Assembly: GCA_947599875.1 (NCBI GenBank)
Contig: CANQFV010000007.1
Coordinates: 11,661-75,660, forward strand
DNA from: an uncultured Oscillospiraceae bacterium
GTDB taxonomy: Bacteria > Bacillota > Clostridia > Oscillospirales > Oscillospiraceae
Length of the DNA: 64,000 nt
Direction of reading: 5' to 3'
Shown here: piece by piece, positions 18,187 through 28,060 of the stretch
How positions within the stretch are numbered: position 1 is the first letter of the stretch
How the letters are laid out: each line of letters starts with the position of its first letter
The notes under the pieces: generated by a model
What the model was told of the DNA's origin: nothing
The model's input: the letters and a program-made list of their open reading frames with translations, nothing else
Databases searched by the model: none
Position numbers and translations under genes: made by a program

Positions 18187-19347
18187 TTGTCAATCCAACT
18201 GCAAAAGGACTTCGCCGGCGTGGTCTACTCGCCCCGCCGGGAGGAGGTATACGGCAACGGCGGGGGTGTGCTGTACCCCCGTCCCATCGAGCTTCACCAC
18301 GCGGGGGAGGATAACGGCCTCGTCCTGGCGGCTTTCGACCACTACACCGTGAAGGAACCGCCGGTGACGCCCATCTACGCCAGCCGCGACGGGGGAAAGA
18401 CCTGGGAGTTTTACAGCCAGGTGGAGGACACCAAAAACGGCTACGGCCTTCGTTTCCAGCCGGTGCTGATGGAGCTTCCCCAAGATGTGGCGGATCTGCC
18501 CGCCGGGACGATCGTGTTTTCCGCAAACTCCATCCCCCTGACCTTTGCGTGTACGGAGCTTTTGTTCTTCATCAGCCGCGACCACGGGAAGACCTGGGAG
18601 TACCGCTCCACCATCTGCGCCGGGGGACCGCCCGTGGAGCAGAACTGGGACGCCCTTGGCCCTGTGTGGGAACCCTTTATCTATCTGAACGCCCAGGGGG
18701 ACATCACCGTCATCTACACCGACGAGCGCCCCCACACCAACAGGCTCCTCAACCAGACCCTGGCCCTTCAGGTAAGCTCCGACGGGGGAAAGACCTGGGG
18801 GGAGGAGAAATTTGTCACCGCCGTGCCCGACGGCTTCCAGCGTCCCGGTATGGCCATTGTGACAAGACTCCCCAACGGCCGGTATTTCGTCTGCTACGAG
18901 GTGGTGAACTTCAAGGAGTCCATGTTCCCGCCCTGCGAGGTGCGCTTTAAGCTCTCCGACGACGGGGTGGACTGGGGCGACCCCGGGGAGCTGGGCACAG
19001 TGGCCCAGACGGCCGACGGGTTCTTCCTGGGGAGTATGCCCTACTGCATCTGGATCCCCCAGGGCGGCCCCAACGGCACTATCATCCTCTCCAGCAAGAA
19101 GGACTCCGGCCCTGTGGGCCTTCGGGACCCCGGCTGGTTTTTGGTGAATTACGACCTGGGCCGCGGGCCGTGGGAGAAGGTGCCCATGCTCGTCACCTAC
19201 GACTCCCGGATGCACCAGGCGGGCTGGAGCATGGGCATGTGTACCGTGGAGAACGGCACGAAGCTTTTGCAGCTGTGTCCCAGTCAGATGGACACCAGGA
19301 TGCTGCAAATCTCCTACGGGATCGGAAATATTGTTGAAAACAAGTGA
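18187..19347 (+). CDS. BNR/Asp-box beta-propeller protein (sialidase fold; possibly GH93-type exo-arabinanase), cytoplasmic
   Basis: Three Asp-boxes (SRDGGKTW, SRDHGKTW, SSDGGKTW). TTG 18187 is preceded by AAGGGAGG. No signal peptide. Confidence 0.7.
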   Translation: MSIQLQKDFAGVVYSPRREEVYGNGGGVLYPRPIELHHAGEDNGLVLAAFDHYTVKEPPVTPIYASRDGGKTWEFYSQVEDTKNGYGLRFQPVLMELPQDVADLPAGTIVFSANSIPLTFACTELLFFISRDHGKTWEYRSTICAGGPPVEQNWDALGPVWEPFIYLNAQGDITVIYTDERPHTNRLLNQTLALQVSSDGGKTWGEEKFVTAVPDGFQRPGMAIVTRLPNGRYFVCYEVVNFKESMFPPCEVRFKLSDDGVDWGDPGELGTVAQTADGFFLGSMPYCIWIPQGGPNGTIILSSKKDSGPVGLRDPGWFLVNYDLGRGPWEKVPMLVTYDSRMHQAGWSMGMCTVENGTKLLQLCPSQMDTRMLQISYGIGNIVENK

Positions 19348-19377
19348 TGACTTTGATAAAATAAGGAGAGACGACGT

Positions 19378-20949
19378 ATGATCGATCTGAAAAACACGGC
19401 GCTGGGTATTGAGCTTGGCTCCACCCGCATCAAGGCGGTTCTCATCGACAGGAACCACGTCCCCATCGCCTCCGGTGACCACGAGTGGGAGAATCAGCTG
19501 GTGGACGGGATCTGGACGTACTCGATGGACGCCATCCGCCAGGGCCTGCGGGACTGCTATGCCAACCTGAAGAGGGACGTGAAGGACAAGTTTGGCGTGG
19601 AGCTGACCACGGTGGGCGCCATCGGCGTGTCCGCCATGATGCACGGCTACCTGCCCTTCGATAAGGACATGAATCAGCTGGCGGAATTCCGCACCTGGCG
19701 CAACACCATCACCGGCCAGGCGGCGGCGGAGCTGACGAAGCTTTTCGACTTCAACATCCCCCAGCGCTGGAGCATCGCCCACCTGTACCAGGCCATTTTG
19801 AACGGGGAGGAGCATCTGCCCAGGCTTGCGCACCTGACCACCCTGGCCGGATACATCCACTATGAGCTGACGGGCCGCCACGTCATGGGCGTGGGGGAGG
19901 CGTCGGGCATGTTCCCCATCGACAGCCAGGCCCTGGATTACAACCAGCGGATGGTGGATCTCTTTGACGCCCTGACGGAGTTTAAGGGCTACGGCTGGAA
20001 GCTCCGGGACGTGCTGCCCAGGGTCCTCTCCGCCGGTGAGGACGCAGGCTCCCTGACAGAGCATGGCGCGGCGTTTTTGGATCCCGACGGGGATCTGAAG
20101 CCCGGCGTCCCTGTGGCCCCCTGCGAGGGCGACGCCGGCACCGGTATGGCCGCCACCAACTCCGTGAAGGTGGGGACGGGCAACGTGTCCGCCGGGACCT
20201 CGGATTTCGCGATGGTGGTGGTGGATAAGCCCCTGGGCGTCCACAGGGAGATCGACATGGTGACGACGCCTGACGGCGCGCCCGTGGCGATGGTACACTG
20301 CAACAACTGCACGTCGGATATCAACGCCTGGGTGGGCCTGTTTGCGGACTTCGCCCAGACCGCCGGGATCCAGATAGACCGGGGACAGCTCTTCACCCTC
20401 CTCTTCAAAAAGGCGATGGAGGGGGATCCGGACTGCGGCGGACTTCTCAGCTACAACTACTTCTCCGGCGAGGGGGTCACGGATCTGGACGAGGGACGGC
20501 CCATGTTCCTGCGCACGCCGGATTCCCATGTGACTCTGGCCAACTTTATGCGCACCCATCTGCTGTCCGCCCTGGCCACGCTGAAGATCGGCCTGGACAT
20601 CCTCACGGTGGACGAGAAGGTGGAGATCCAGAAGCTCTACGGACACGGCGGATTCTTCAAGACCCCGGTGGTGGGGCAGACCATGCTCTCCGCCGCCGCC
20701 GGCGTGCCGGTGAGTACGATGGAGACGGCCGGGGAGGGCGGCCCCTACGGGATGGCCCTGCTGGCGGCCTACATGATCTGGCGCGTGGGCAACGAGAAGC
20801 TGGAGGATTATCTGGAGAACAAGGTCTTCTCCGGCGCCAAGTCCTCCACCCTTATGGCCGGAAAGGCCGACGTGGACGGCTTTAACGCCTTCCTGGACAA
20901 GTATAAAAAGGCCCTCCCGGTGGAGCGGCTTGCTACGGAGGTGCTGTAA
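19378..20949 (+). CDS. FGGY-family carbohydrate kinase, likely L-ribulokinase (AraK-type)
   Basis: [13 protein letters not shown] ATPase N-terminus, 523 aa, located between araA and araD. Confidence 0.78.
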   Translation: MIDLKNTALGIELGSTRIKAVLIDRNHVPIASGDHEWENQLVDGIWTYSMDAIRQGLRDCYANLKRDVKDKFGVELTTVGAIGVSAMMHGYLPFDKDMNQLAEFRTWRNTITGQAAAELTKLFDFNIPQRWSIAHLYQAILNGEEHLPRLAHLTTLAGYIHYELTGRHVMGVGEASGMFPIDSQALDYNQRMVDLFDALTEFKGYGWKLRDVLPRVLSAGEDAGSLTEHGAAFLDPDGDLKPGVPVAPCEGDAGTGMAATNSVKVGTGNVSAGTSDFAMVVVDKPLGVHREIDMVTTPDGAPVAMVHCNNCTSDINAWVGLFADFAQTAGIQIDRGQLFTLLFKKAMEGDPDCGGLLSYNYFSGEGVTDLDEGRPMFLRTPDSHVTLANFMRTHLLSALATLKIGLDILTVDEKVEIQKLYGHGGFFKTPVVGQTMLSAAAGVPVSTMETAGEGGPYGMALLAAYMIWRVGNEKLEDYLENKVFSGAKSSTLMAGKADVDGFNAFLDKYKKALPVERLATEVL

Positions 20950-21642
20950 ATGCTGGAAGAACTGAAGGAACTCGTCTGTAAGGCGAATCTGGAGCTTCCC
21001 AAACACGGTCTCGTGACCTTTACCTGGGGCAACGTCTCCGGTATCGACAGGGAGAAGGGCCTTGTGGTCATCAAGCCCTCCGGGGTGGATTACGACGGTA
21101 TGAAGCCGGAGGACATGGTGGTGGTAGATCTGAACGGCAACCGGGTGGAGGGGCGGTATAAGCCCTCCTCCGACACACCCACCCATGTGGCGCTGTACAA
21201 GGCGTTTCCCAGCCTTGGCGGCGTGGTACATACCCACTCCCGCTGGGCCACATCCTTCGCCCAGGCGGGGAGAGGGATCCCGCCCTTCGGCACCACCCAG
21301 GGGGACTACTTCTACGGCGAGATCCCCTGCACCAGGCGCATGACGCCGGAGGAGATCGGCGGGGAGTACGAGCTGGAGACGGGCAACGTGATTATCGAGA
21401 CGTTTATCAAGCGGGACATCTCGCCGGCGGACATCCCGGCGGTGCTTGTCTGCTCCCACGGCCCCTTTGCCTGGGGAACCGACCCCATGAACGCCGTCCA
21501 CAACGCCGTCGTTCTGGAGGAGGTGGCCTTTATGGCCTTCCACGCGATGGCCCTGACCCCGGGCCTGCCCCCCATGCAGCAGGAGCTTCTTGACAAGCAC
21601 TATCTGCGCAAGCACGGCGCCAACGCCTACTACGGCCAGTGA
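20950..21642 (+). CDS. araD: L-ribulose-5-phosphate 4-epimerase
   Basis: Class II aldolase/epimerase motifs (GNVSGIDRE..., [14 protein letters not shown]). 230 aa. Confidence 0.92.
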   Translation: MLEELKELVCKANLELPKHGLVTFTWGNVSGIDREKGLVVIKPSGVDYDGMKPEDMVVVDLNGNRVEGRYKPSSDTPTHVALYKAFPSLGGVVHTHSRWATSFAQAGRGIPPFGTTQGDYFYGEIPCTRRMTPEEIGGEYELETGNVIIETFIKRDISPADIPAVLVCSHGPFAWGTDPMNAVHNAVVLEEVAFMAFHAMALTPGLPPMQQELLDKHYLRKHGANAYYGQ

Positions 21643-21719
21643 CCTGCCGGCGCCCCCTCCCCGGGGGAGACCATGTTTTTCAGTCTATACCTGACGAACC
21701 AAGGAGGATCGTTATCAAG

Positions 21720-22565
21720 ATGACAGAACAAGAAAAGAAAGACCTTGCTATCAAGGCCACAAAGGTACGCATGGGCGTGATCGAGGGCACCCACGCGGCC
21801 AAGGCGGGGCATCCCGGCGGGAGCCTCAGCTCCGCGGACATGTTCACCTACCTCTACTTCAAGGAGATGAACATCGACCCTGACAACCCCCACGACCCCG
21901 ATCGGGACAGATTCGTCCTCTCCAAGGGCCACACCGCCCCCGGCCTTTACGCCGCCCTGGCGCTCCGCGGCTTCTTCCCCTGGGAGGATCTGAAGACTCT
22001 GCGCCAGATCGGCAGCCACCTGCAGGGCCACCCCAATATGAACATGACCCCCGGTGTGGATATGTCCACCGGCTCCCTGGGCCAGGGCGTCTCCTGCGCC
22101 GCCGGTATGGCCAAGGCCGCCAAGTACCTGGGCAAGCAGTGCCGGGTCTACACCCTTCTGGGCGACGGCGAGATCGAGGAGGGCCAGGTCTGGGAGGCCT
22201 TCATGTTCGCCGCCAACTACAAGCTGGATAACTTCGTGGCTATCATCGACAAGAACGGCCTGCAGATCGACGGCCCCACAAAGGACGTTATGGACTCCGG
22301 GGACATCGCCGCCAAGCTCCGGGCCTTCGGGTTTGAGGTGATGGAGATCAACGGCCATGACTTTGACCAGATCGAGGCGGCCTTCAACAAGGCCCGCGAG
22401 ACAAAGGGCAAGCCCTTCGGCATCGTGATGCACACCGTGAAGGGCACAGGCGTCAGCTACATGACCAACAGCGTGGAGTGGCACGGCAAGGCCCCCAACG
22501 ATGAGGAGTACCAGATCGCCATGAACGAGCTGAACGCGAAATTAGCGGAACTGGAGGCGAAATAA
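21720..22565 (+). CDS. transketolase, N-terminal subunit
   Basis: GHPGGSLS, LSKGHTAP and GSLGQG TPP-binding motifs. ATG 21720 follows AAGGAGGA. Confidence 0.92.
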   Translation: MTEQEKKDLAIKATKVRMGVIEGTHAAKAGHPGGSLSSADMFTYLYFKEMNIDPDNPHDPDRDRFVLSKGHTAPGLYAALALRGFFPWEDLKTLRQIGSHLQGHPNMNMTPGVDMSTGSLGQGVSCAAGMAKAAKYLGKQCRVYTLLGDGEIEEGQVWEAFMFAANYKLDNFVAIIDKNGLQIDGPTKDVMDSGDIAAKLRAFGFEVMEINGHDFDQIEAAFNKARETKGKPFGIVMHTVKGTGVSYMTNSVEWHGKAPNDEEYQIAMNELNAKLAELEAK

Positions 22566-22566
22566 G

Positions 22567-23505
22567 ATGGCTGAAGTAAAGAAAATGGCAACCCGTGACG
22601 CCTACGGCGCGGCCCTGGCCGAGCTGGGCGAGGAGAAATCCGACCTTGTGGTGTTCGAGGCCGACCTGGCCGCCGCCACAAAGACAGGCGTCTTCAGAAA
22701 GAAATTCCCTGACCGGCACTTTGAGTGCGGCATCGCGGAGGGGAACATGATGGCCGTGGCCGCCGGAGCCGCCAGCATGGGGCTTGTGCCCTTTGCCAGC
22801 TCCTTTGCCATGTTTGCCGCCGGGCGCGCCTTTGAACAGGTGCGCAACTCCATCGGCTATCCCCACCTGAACGTGAAGATCGGCGCCACCCACGGCGGGA
22901 TCAGCGTGGGCGAGGATGGAGCTTCCCACCAGTGCTGCGAGGACTTCGCTCTGATGCGCTCCATCCCCGGCATGGTGGTTCTCTGCCCCAGTGACGCGGT
23001 GGAGGCCAGAGCCGCCGTCCGCGCCGCCTATGAGTATGTGGGGCCGGTGTACCTCCGGTTCGGAAGGCTGGCTATCCCCGTGTTCCACGACCAGGACACC
23101 TTCCGGTTTGAGATCGGCAAGGGCGAGACCCTGCGGGACGGGGACGACGTGGCTATTATCGCCACGGGCCTTATGGTGTACGAGGCCGTTCAGGCGGCGG
23201 AGCAGCTCCAGGCCCAGGGGATTCACGCCCGCGTCATCAACCTCTGCACCATCAAGCCCCTGGATACGGAGCTTGTGCTGAAGGCCGCCCGGGAGTGCGG
23301 CAAGATCGTCACCGCCGAGGAACATTCCATCATCGGCGGCCTGGGAGAGGCCGTGTGCGCCGTTGTGGCCGAGTCCGGCATCCCCTGCAAGGTGAAGCGC
23401 GTGGGCGTCAATGACGAGTTCGGTCACTCCGGCCCCGCCGTCCCGCTGCTGAAGCAGTTTGGTCTCAGCGCGGAGAACATCGCCAAGGTGGCCGCGGAGC
23501 TGTAA
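22567..23505 (+). CDS. transketolase, C-terminal subunit
   Basis: Pyrimidine-binding and C-terminal domains ([11 protein letters not shown]...). Starts 1 nt after the N-terminal subunit stop. Confidence 0.92.
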   Translation: MAEVKKMATRDAYGAALAELGEEKSDLVVFEADLAAATKTGVFRKKFPDRHFECGIAEGNMMAVAAGAASMGLVPFASSFAMFAAGRAFEQVRNSIGYPHLNVKIGATHGGISVGEDGASHQCCEDFALMRSIPGMVVLCPSDAVEARAAVRAAYEYVGPVYLRFGRLAIPVFHDQDTFRFEIGKGETLRDGDDVAIIATGLMVYEAVQAAEQLQAQGIHARVINLCTIKPLDTELVLKAARECGKIVTAEEHSIIGGLGEAVCAVVAESGIPCKVKRVGVNDEFGHSGPAVPLLKQFGLSAENIAKVAAEL

Positions 23506-23587
23506 GGTCAAAACGGTGGGCGGGGCGAGACCCGCCCCCTGCGAACCATATCATTATTACCAATCACATAGTAAGGAGGAATTTCCC

Positions 23588-24241
23588 ATGAAACTGTTTA
23601 TCGACACCGCCAATGTGGACGACATCCGCAAGGCAAACGACCTGGGCGTCATCTGCGGCGTCACCACCAACCCCAGCCTGATCGCCAAGGAGGGCCGGGA
23701 CTTCAAGGAGGTTATCCGTGAGATCACCTCTATCGTGGACGGCCCCATCTCCGGCGAGGTCAAGGCCACCACCACCAAGGCCGAGGACATGATCCGCGAG
23801 GGCCGGGAGATCGCCGCCATCCACCCCAACATGGTGGTGAAGATCCCCATGACCGCCGAGGGCCTGAAGGCCGTCAAGGTTCTCCACGCCGAGGGCATTA
23901 AGACGAACGTCACCCTGGTGTTCACCGCCAACCAGGCCCTTCTGGCCGCCCTGGCCGGCGCCACCTACGTCAGCCCCTTCCTGGGCCGTCTGGACGACAT
24001 CTCCACCATCGGCGTGGATCTCATCCAGGATATCGTTACCATCTTTGACAACTACGGCTTCGATACCGAAATCATCTGCGCCTCCATCCGCAACCCCATC
24101 CATGTGACCCAGTGCGCCCTGGCCGGCGCCCACATCGCCACCATCCCCTACAGCGTTATCGAGCAGATGCTCCATCACCCCCTGACCGACGCCGGGATCG
24201 AGAAGTTCAAGAAGGACTATCTCAAGGTGTTCCCGGAATAA
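23588..24241 (+). CDS. transaldolase / fructose-6-phosphate aldolase family (short type)
   Basis: [13 protein letters not shown]...GVTTNPSL...VKIPMT (Schiff-base Lys). 217 aa. Confidence 0.9.
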   Translation: MKLFIDTANVDDIRKANDLGVICGVTTNPSLIAKEGRDFKEVIREITSIVDGPISGEVKATTTKAEDMIREGREIAAIHPNMVVKIPMTAEGLKAVKVLHAEGIKTNVTLVFTANQALLAALAGATYVSPFLGRLDDISTIGVDLIQDIVTIFDNYGFDTEIICASIRNPIHVTQCALAGAHIATIPYSVIEQMLHHPLTDAGIEKFKKDYLKVFPE

Positions 24242-24450
24242 GGCTGGCGAAAAAGGGTTTCGGGTTCTCTGTAGAGAACCCGAAACCCTTTTTCTGCCAA
24301 GGGGATGCGTGCGGGAACCCCGGCGTGAATTTTGCGGAATTCACACCGGGGTTCCCTGCTGCCGCGCTGCGCGCACGGCCCGGAGGGCCGCACACTTGCG
24401 CGGCATAAGGGATTTTTTGCGAGGCAAAGCCCCGCAAAAATGTTTGAAGT
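24242..24450 (+). repeat. multi-hairpin intergenic repeat, copy b (after transaldolase stop); first hairpin 24255-24293 is a terminator
   Basis: GGGTTTCGGGTTCTC-TGTA-GAGAACCCGAAACCC-TTTTT, then the conserved linkers and three further hairpins of the family. Confidence 0.8.
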
Positions 24451-24542
24451 AATAAAAATGATCATATTCAATATCAAATCGGCCCTTTGGGGCCGCGATT
24501 TTTGCGGGAATTTGGTTCTTTAACGAAAATATGCGGAAGCGC

Positions 24543-24571
24543 TTGACAGCCCCGGCAGGGGATGGTATAAT
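24543..24571 (+). promoter_or_regulatory. consensus sigma-A promoter of cysK
   Basis: TTGACA (24543-24548), 17 nt, TATAAT (24566-24571). Confidence 0.65.
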
Positions 24572-24647
24572 AAAACCAACCTTTCAGATAGGTTATTGCC
24601 GGGCGCTGAAAGGGGAAATGGTTTTTGACAGATCGGAGGCATTTTTT

Positions 24648-25574
24648 ATGAACATCTATCACAGCGCGGCGGAGCTTATCGGCGGGACGCCGCTTTTGGA
24701 GCTGACACGCGTGGAGAAGGAGTTGGGGCTGAAGGCCAGGATCCTGGCCAAGCTTGAGTATTTTAACCCCGCGGGGTCGGTGAAGGACCGCACAGCCAAG
24801 GCGATGATCGACGACGCGGAGGAGTGCGGAGTCCTGAAGCCCGGGAACGTCATTATTGAGCCAACCAGCGGCAACACGGGTATCGGCCTGGCCTCCGTTG
24901 CGGCGGCCAGGGGATACAGGATCATTATTGTCATGCCGGAGACCATGTCGGTGGAGCGCCGCCAGATCATGGCCGCCTACGGGGCGGAGCTTGTGCTGAC
25001 GGAGGGGGCCAAGGGCATGTCCGGGGCCATCGCCAAGGCAAATGAGCTGGCCGCTCAGATCCCCGGCAGCTTCATCCCCGGGCAGTTTGTGAACCCCGCC
25101 AACCCCAGGGTCCACCGGGAGACAACCGGCCCCGAGATCTACCGGGACACGGACGGCCAGGTGGACATCTTCGTGGCCGGCGTGGGCACCGGCGGTACCG
25201 TAACCGGCGTGGGGGAGTACTTAAAGTCCCAAAACCCGTCCGTGAAGGTCGTGGCCGTGGAGCCTCAGAGTTCCCCGGTTCTGTCCGCCGGGAAGTCGGG
25301 TCCCCACAAGATCCAGGGCATCGGCGCCGGCTTTGTGCCGGAGGTGCTGAACACCGGCATCTATGACGAGATCATCCCCGTGGCGGACGAGGCGGCCTTC
25401 TCCACCGGAAAGCTGCTGGGACGCACCGAGGGCGTGCTTGTGGGCATATCCTCCGGAGCGGCCCTCTGGGCGGCCATAGAGCTTGCCCGCCGCCCGGAAA
25501 ACGAGGGAAAGACCATCGTCGCCCTGCTGCCCGATACCGGGGACAGGTATTTGTCCACGGCACTTTTTAAATAA
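24648..25574 (+). CDS. cysK: cysteine synthase A (O-acetylserine sulfhydrylase)
   Basis: LIGGTPLL...NPAGSVKDR (PLP Lys)...[10 protein letters not shown]...GVGTGGT. 308 aa. Confidence 0.93.
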   Translation: MNIYHSAAELIGGTPLLELTRVEKELGLKARILAKLEYFNPAGSVKDRTAKAMIDDAEECGVLKPGNVIIEPTSGNTGIGLASVAAARGYRIIIVMPETMSVERRQIMAAYGAELVLTEGAKGMSGAIAKANELAAQIPGSFIPGQFVNPANPRVHRETTGPEIYRDTDGQVDIFVAGVGTGGTVTGVGEYLKSQNPSVKVVAVEPQSSPVLSAGKSGPHKIQGIGAGFVPEVLNTGIYDEIIPVADEAAFSTGKLLGRTEGVLVGISSGAALWAAIELARRPENEGKTIVALLPDTGDRYLSTALFK

Positions 25575-25755
25575 GCTGGCTTGAAAGGCCTGCGGCCTTT
25601 CAATGCCAAGGGGGACGTGCGGGAATATGCCCATGAATTCTGCGGAATTCATGGGCATATTCCCTGCTGCCGCGCTGCAGCGCACGCCCAAGGGCGCACG
25701 TTTGCGCGGCAAGAGGGATTTTTTGCGAGGCAAAGCCCCGCAAAAAATATTGAAT
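25575..25755 (+). repeat. multi-hairpin intergenic repeat, copy c (after cysK stop)
   Basis: Same linker/hairpin order as copies a and b. Hairpin 2 is GAATATGCCCATGAATT/AATTCATGGGCATATTC. Confidence 0.8.
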
Positions 25756-26063
25756 GAGGGGAGCGTCGCCGGGAAGCCTGTAGGGGCCGATGACCTCATC
25801 GGCCCGGGTGGGTTGGGTGACAGAGCGGTTGCGTTAAGATGGAAAACTTTAATATTTGCCGTAGGGGCCGCCGCCCACGGCGGCCCGTGTCGCGATGGAT
25901 GATTGAGGGCGGCAATAACGCCGGGTGGAGGCCTGCGACGTCTACGGTACACCGGCGTCCCAAAGGGACGGTTCTTGTGAGTCACATTCGTGCCCCACGA
26001 AGAACCGTCCCTGTTGAACCGCCTCCTCAGGTATCAAAGATGGAGCGCTCCTATTGCCTCACG

Positions 26064-26365
26064 GGGACGGTTCTTTAGTCCCACCTGCGGTGTGACAAAA
26101 AAACCGTCCCCTTTGTCACGCCTCCTCAAAGGGACGAAAAAAGAGCGTTTCCGTCAATTTTATCTGTACGGGCCTCTGCCCACGGAGGCCCGTGTCGCGT
26201 TGACTGAGGGCCTCCACTGCCTCACGGGGACGGTTTTTGGTCACAGAGGCCCCACGCAATCGTGATTGCGTGGGGCCCCGGTATGCCGTCCCCAGGCCCC
26301 CGATAAAGGCGGGACTGAGGGACGGTTTTTTTGTCACACCGCAGGTGGGACTAAAGAACCGTCCC
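26064..26365. repeat. perfect 47-bp inverted repeat pair (26064-26110 / 26319-26365) flanking 208 bp
   Basis: The reverse complement of GGGACGGTTCTTTAGTCCCACCTGCGGTGTGACAAAAAAACCGTCCC equals 26319-26365 exactly (checked base by base). Confidence 0.85.
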
Positions 26366-26427
26366 TCTGTAACGCCGGGTCAAGGTCTCCAATCAACGGA
26401 AGCTGCCTCGTTCTCCGCTCCCTCAAT

Positions 26428-26736
26428 CCAAATATTTTTTCCAAGGACATGTGCCTTGGAAAAAATCCCTTATGCCGCGCAAGTGACCAGTCCGCAGACT
26501 GGTCGCACAGCGCGGCAGCAGGGAATATGCCCATGAATTCCGCAGAATTCATGGGCATATTCCCGCACGCCCCCCTTGGCATTGGAAGGCCGCAGGGGTT
26601 ACGCAAAAGCTTGAAAAGGCGCTAAAAGCCGCCCTCGCCAGAAGACTTCTGCGGCCTTCCAAGCCAGCCTCCGTCCCCCTTGGCAGAAAAAGGAGTACGG
26701 TTTCTCGTCAGAGAAACCGTACTCCTTTTTCGCCAG
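26428..26736 (-). repeat. multi-hairpin intergenic repeat, copy d (reverse orientation, expanded; after stop of the minus-strand MBL gene)
   Basis: The reverse complement carries all family linkers. The terminal hairpin has compensatory changes (TTTTTTCCAAGG/CCTTGGAAAAAA) and there is an extra module. Confidence 0.75.
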
Positions 26737-26738
26737 TT

Positions 26739-27869
26739 TCATTCCCACCAGTGGCTCTGGTACTGTCCCGCCTGGGAGAGGAGCGCATCCTCCCAGTTCA
26801 CCGTCTCCCCGGGCAGGGGTGTGAGGGCCGTGAGGCCCGTCTCCCCGGCGCGGAGGGTGAAGCGGCGGGGCGGGTCGTCCCAGGCGTGGTCGGAGAGGGC
26901 AAAGGCCCCCCAATGGATGGGCACCGCGGCATCGGCCCCCAGAATCTCCGCCGCCTCCACGGCCTCCTCCGGGATCATCTGGATGTCGTGGTTGTCCGCG
27001 CTGTACTGGCCGCACTCCATGAGGGTCAGGTCAAAATCCCCGTACCGGTTGTGGATCTCCTGAAAATGCTGTCCGAAGCCGGTGCTTCCGCTCTCGTACA
27101 CCTGAAAATGCTCCCCCAGCAAGGCCCAGGACGCCCAGAGCGTCCTGTTTTCATCGATGACGTTCCGCCCGGAGCTGTGGCGGGCGGGGGCGCACACCAC
27201 AGTGACGCCGCCCAGATCCAGCTCCTCCCACCAGGCCAGCGCCCGGATCTTCGCTCCGTCCACGCCCCAGCGGCGAAGGTCGTTCTCGATCCCCAGGGGG
27301 ACGATGTACAGCTTCACCTTCCCGTCGATGGCCTTGATGGTCTCCATGTCCAGGTGGTCGTAGTGGTCGTGGGAGATGATAACGGCGTCGATCTCCGGCA
27401 GCTCCTGCGCCGTGACAGGCGGCGCGCCAAAGCGCCGCGGCCCCAGGAAGGACACGGGGGATACCAGGGTGGACAGCACCGGGTCAAACAGGATGTTTAA
27501 CCCCTCCATCTGCACAAGGGTGGTGGAATGGCCAAGCCAAGTGAAGCTCAGTCCATCCTCAGTCGCGGCGGAGAAGTCCGGAGATCCGGCGGGCAGCTCG
27601 CCCTGCGGCGCCGTTCCCCTTCCGGAGGTGAGGGACGCGCCGGGATCGCTCCAGGAGCCTGAGGCGGGGGACTCTGCGTTGAAGAAGTGTTCCCCGTCGT
27701 AATTGATGGCCCGGGCGGTGTAGATCACTCTATCCGGGCGGCTGATCCTGCCGCTGAAGGGCGGCCAGAGGGCGACAAACAGGACAAGCGCCAGCGCCGC
27801 CGCGGCCGCCGCCAGGGCGGCCCACGCCAAGACCCGGATCCATTTGTGGGTGCGGAAAAAGGTTTTCAT
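26739..27869 (-). CDS. MBL-fold metallo-hydrolase with N-terminal membrane anchor
   Basis: HDHYDHLD metal motif and an N-terminal TM helix (WIRVLAWAALAAAAAALALVLFVAL). Confidence 0.8.
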   Translation of the reverse strand: MKTFFRTHKWIRVLAWAALAAAAAALALVLFVALWPPFSGRISRPDRVIYTARAINYDGEHFFNAESPASGSWSDPGASLTSGRGTAPQGELPAGSPDFSAATEDGLSFTWLGHSTTLVQMEGLNILFDPVLSTLVSPVSFLGPRRFGAPPVTAQELPEIDAVIISHDHYDHLDMETIKAIDGKVKLYIVPLGIENDLRRWGVDGAKIRALAWWEELDLGGVTVVCAPARHSSGRNVIDENRTLWASWALLGEHFQVYESGSTGFGQHFQEIHNRYGDFDLTLMECGQYSADNHDIQMIPEEAVEAAEILGADAAVPIHWGAFALSDHAWDDPPRRFTLRAGETGLTALTPLPGETVNWEDALLSQAGQYQSHWWE

Positions 27870-27997
27870 ATCTGCCTCCGGGGCCATAATCTGCATATTC
27901 CGGCCCCTCTCTATAGAATAATCCGTTTTTCCCGATCCGTCAAGCGATCCTTGCCGGGAAGACGGGGGGCCTTGGGGACTTTTGCCCGGCGGCGCAC

Positions 27998-28026
27998 TTG
28001 AAAACGCCGCCGGGATTTTGTATAAT
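27998..28026 (+). promoter_or_regulatory. sigma-A promoter (extended -10) of the GH105-GH43-CE4-GH31 gene string
   Basis: TTGAAA (27998-28003), 17 nt ending in TG, TATAAT (28021-28026). Confidence 0.6.
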
Positions 28027-28060
28027 GGGGAAAAAGCTGACAGCGAGGGAGGAGATACGC

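Noticed and set aside
18190-21615. 1141-aa minus-strand ORF across the BNR, kinase and araD genes
   Set aside because: It is antisense to three well-supported plus-strand genes. Its composition is low-complexity (G, R, H, V, L, P) and it has no recognisable domain. The same reasoning applies to 16866..18080(-), 31065..32975(-), 35177..36322(-), 36755..37939(-), 22453..23511(-), 12721..14010(-) and similar track entries.
25760-26430. Possible CRISPR array because of many recurring hairpin motifs
   Set aside because: The repeats belong to several different families, occur in both orientations, are irregularly spaced and include long inverted pairs. There is no constant repeat/spacer periodicity and no cas genes in the window.
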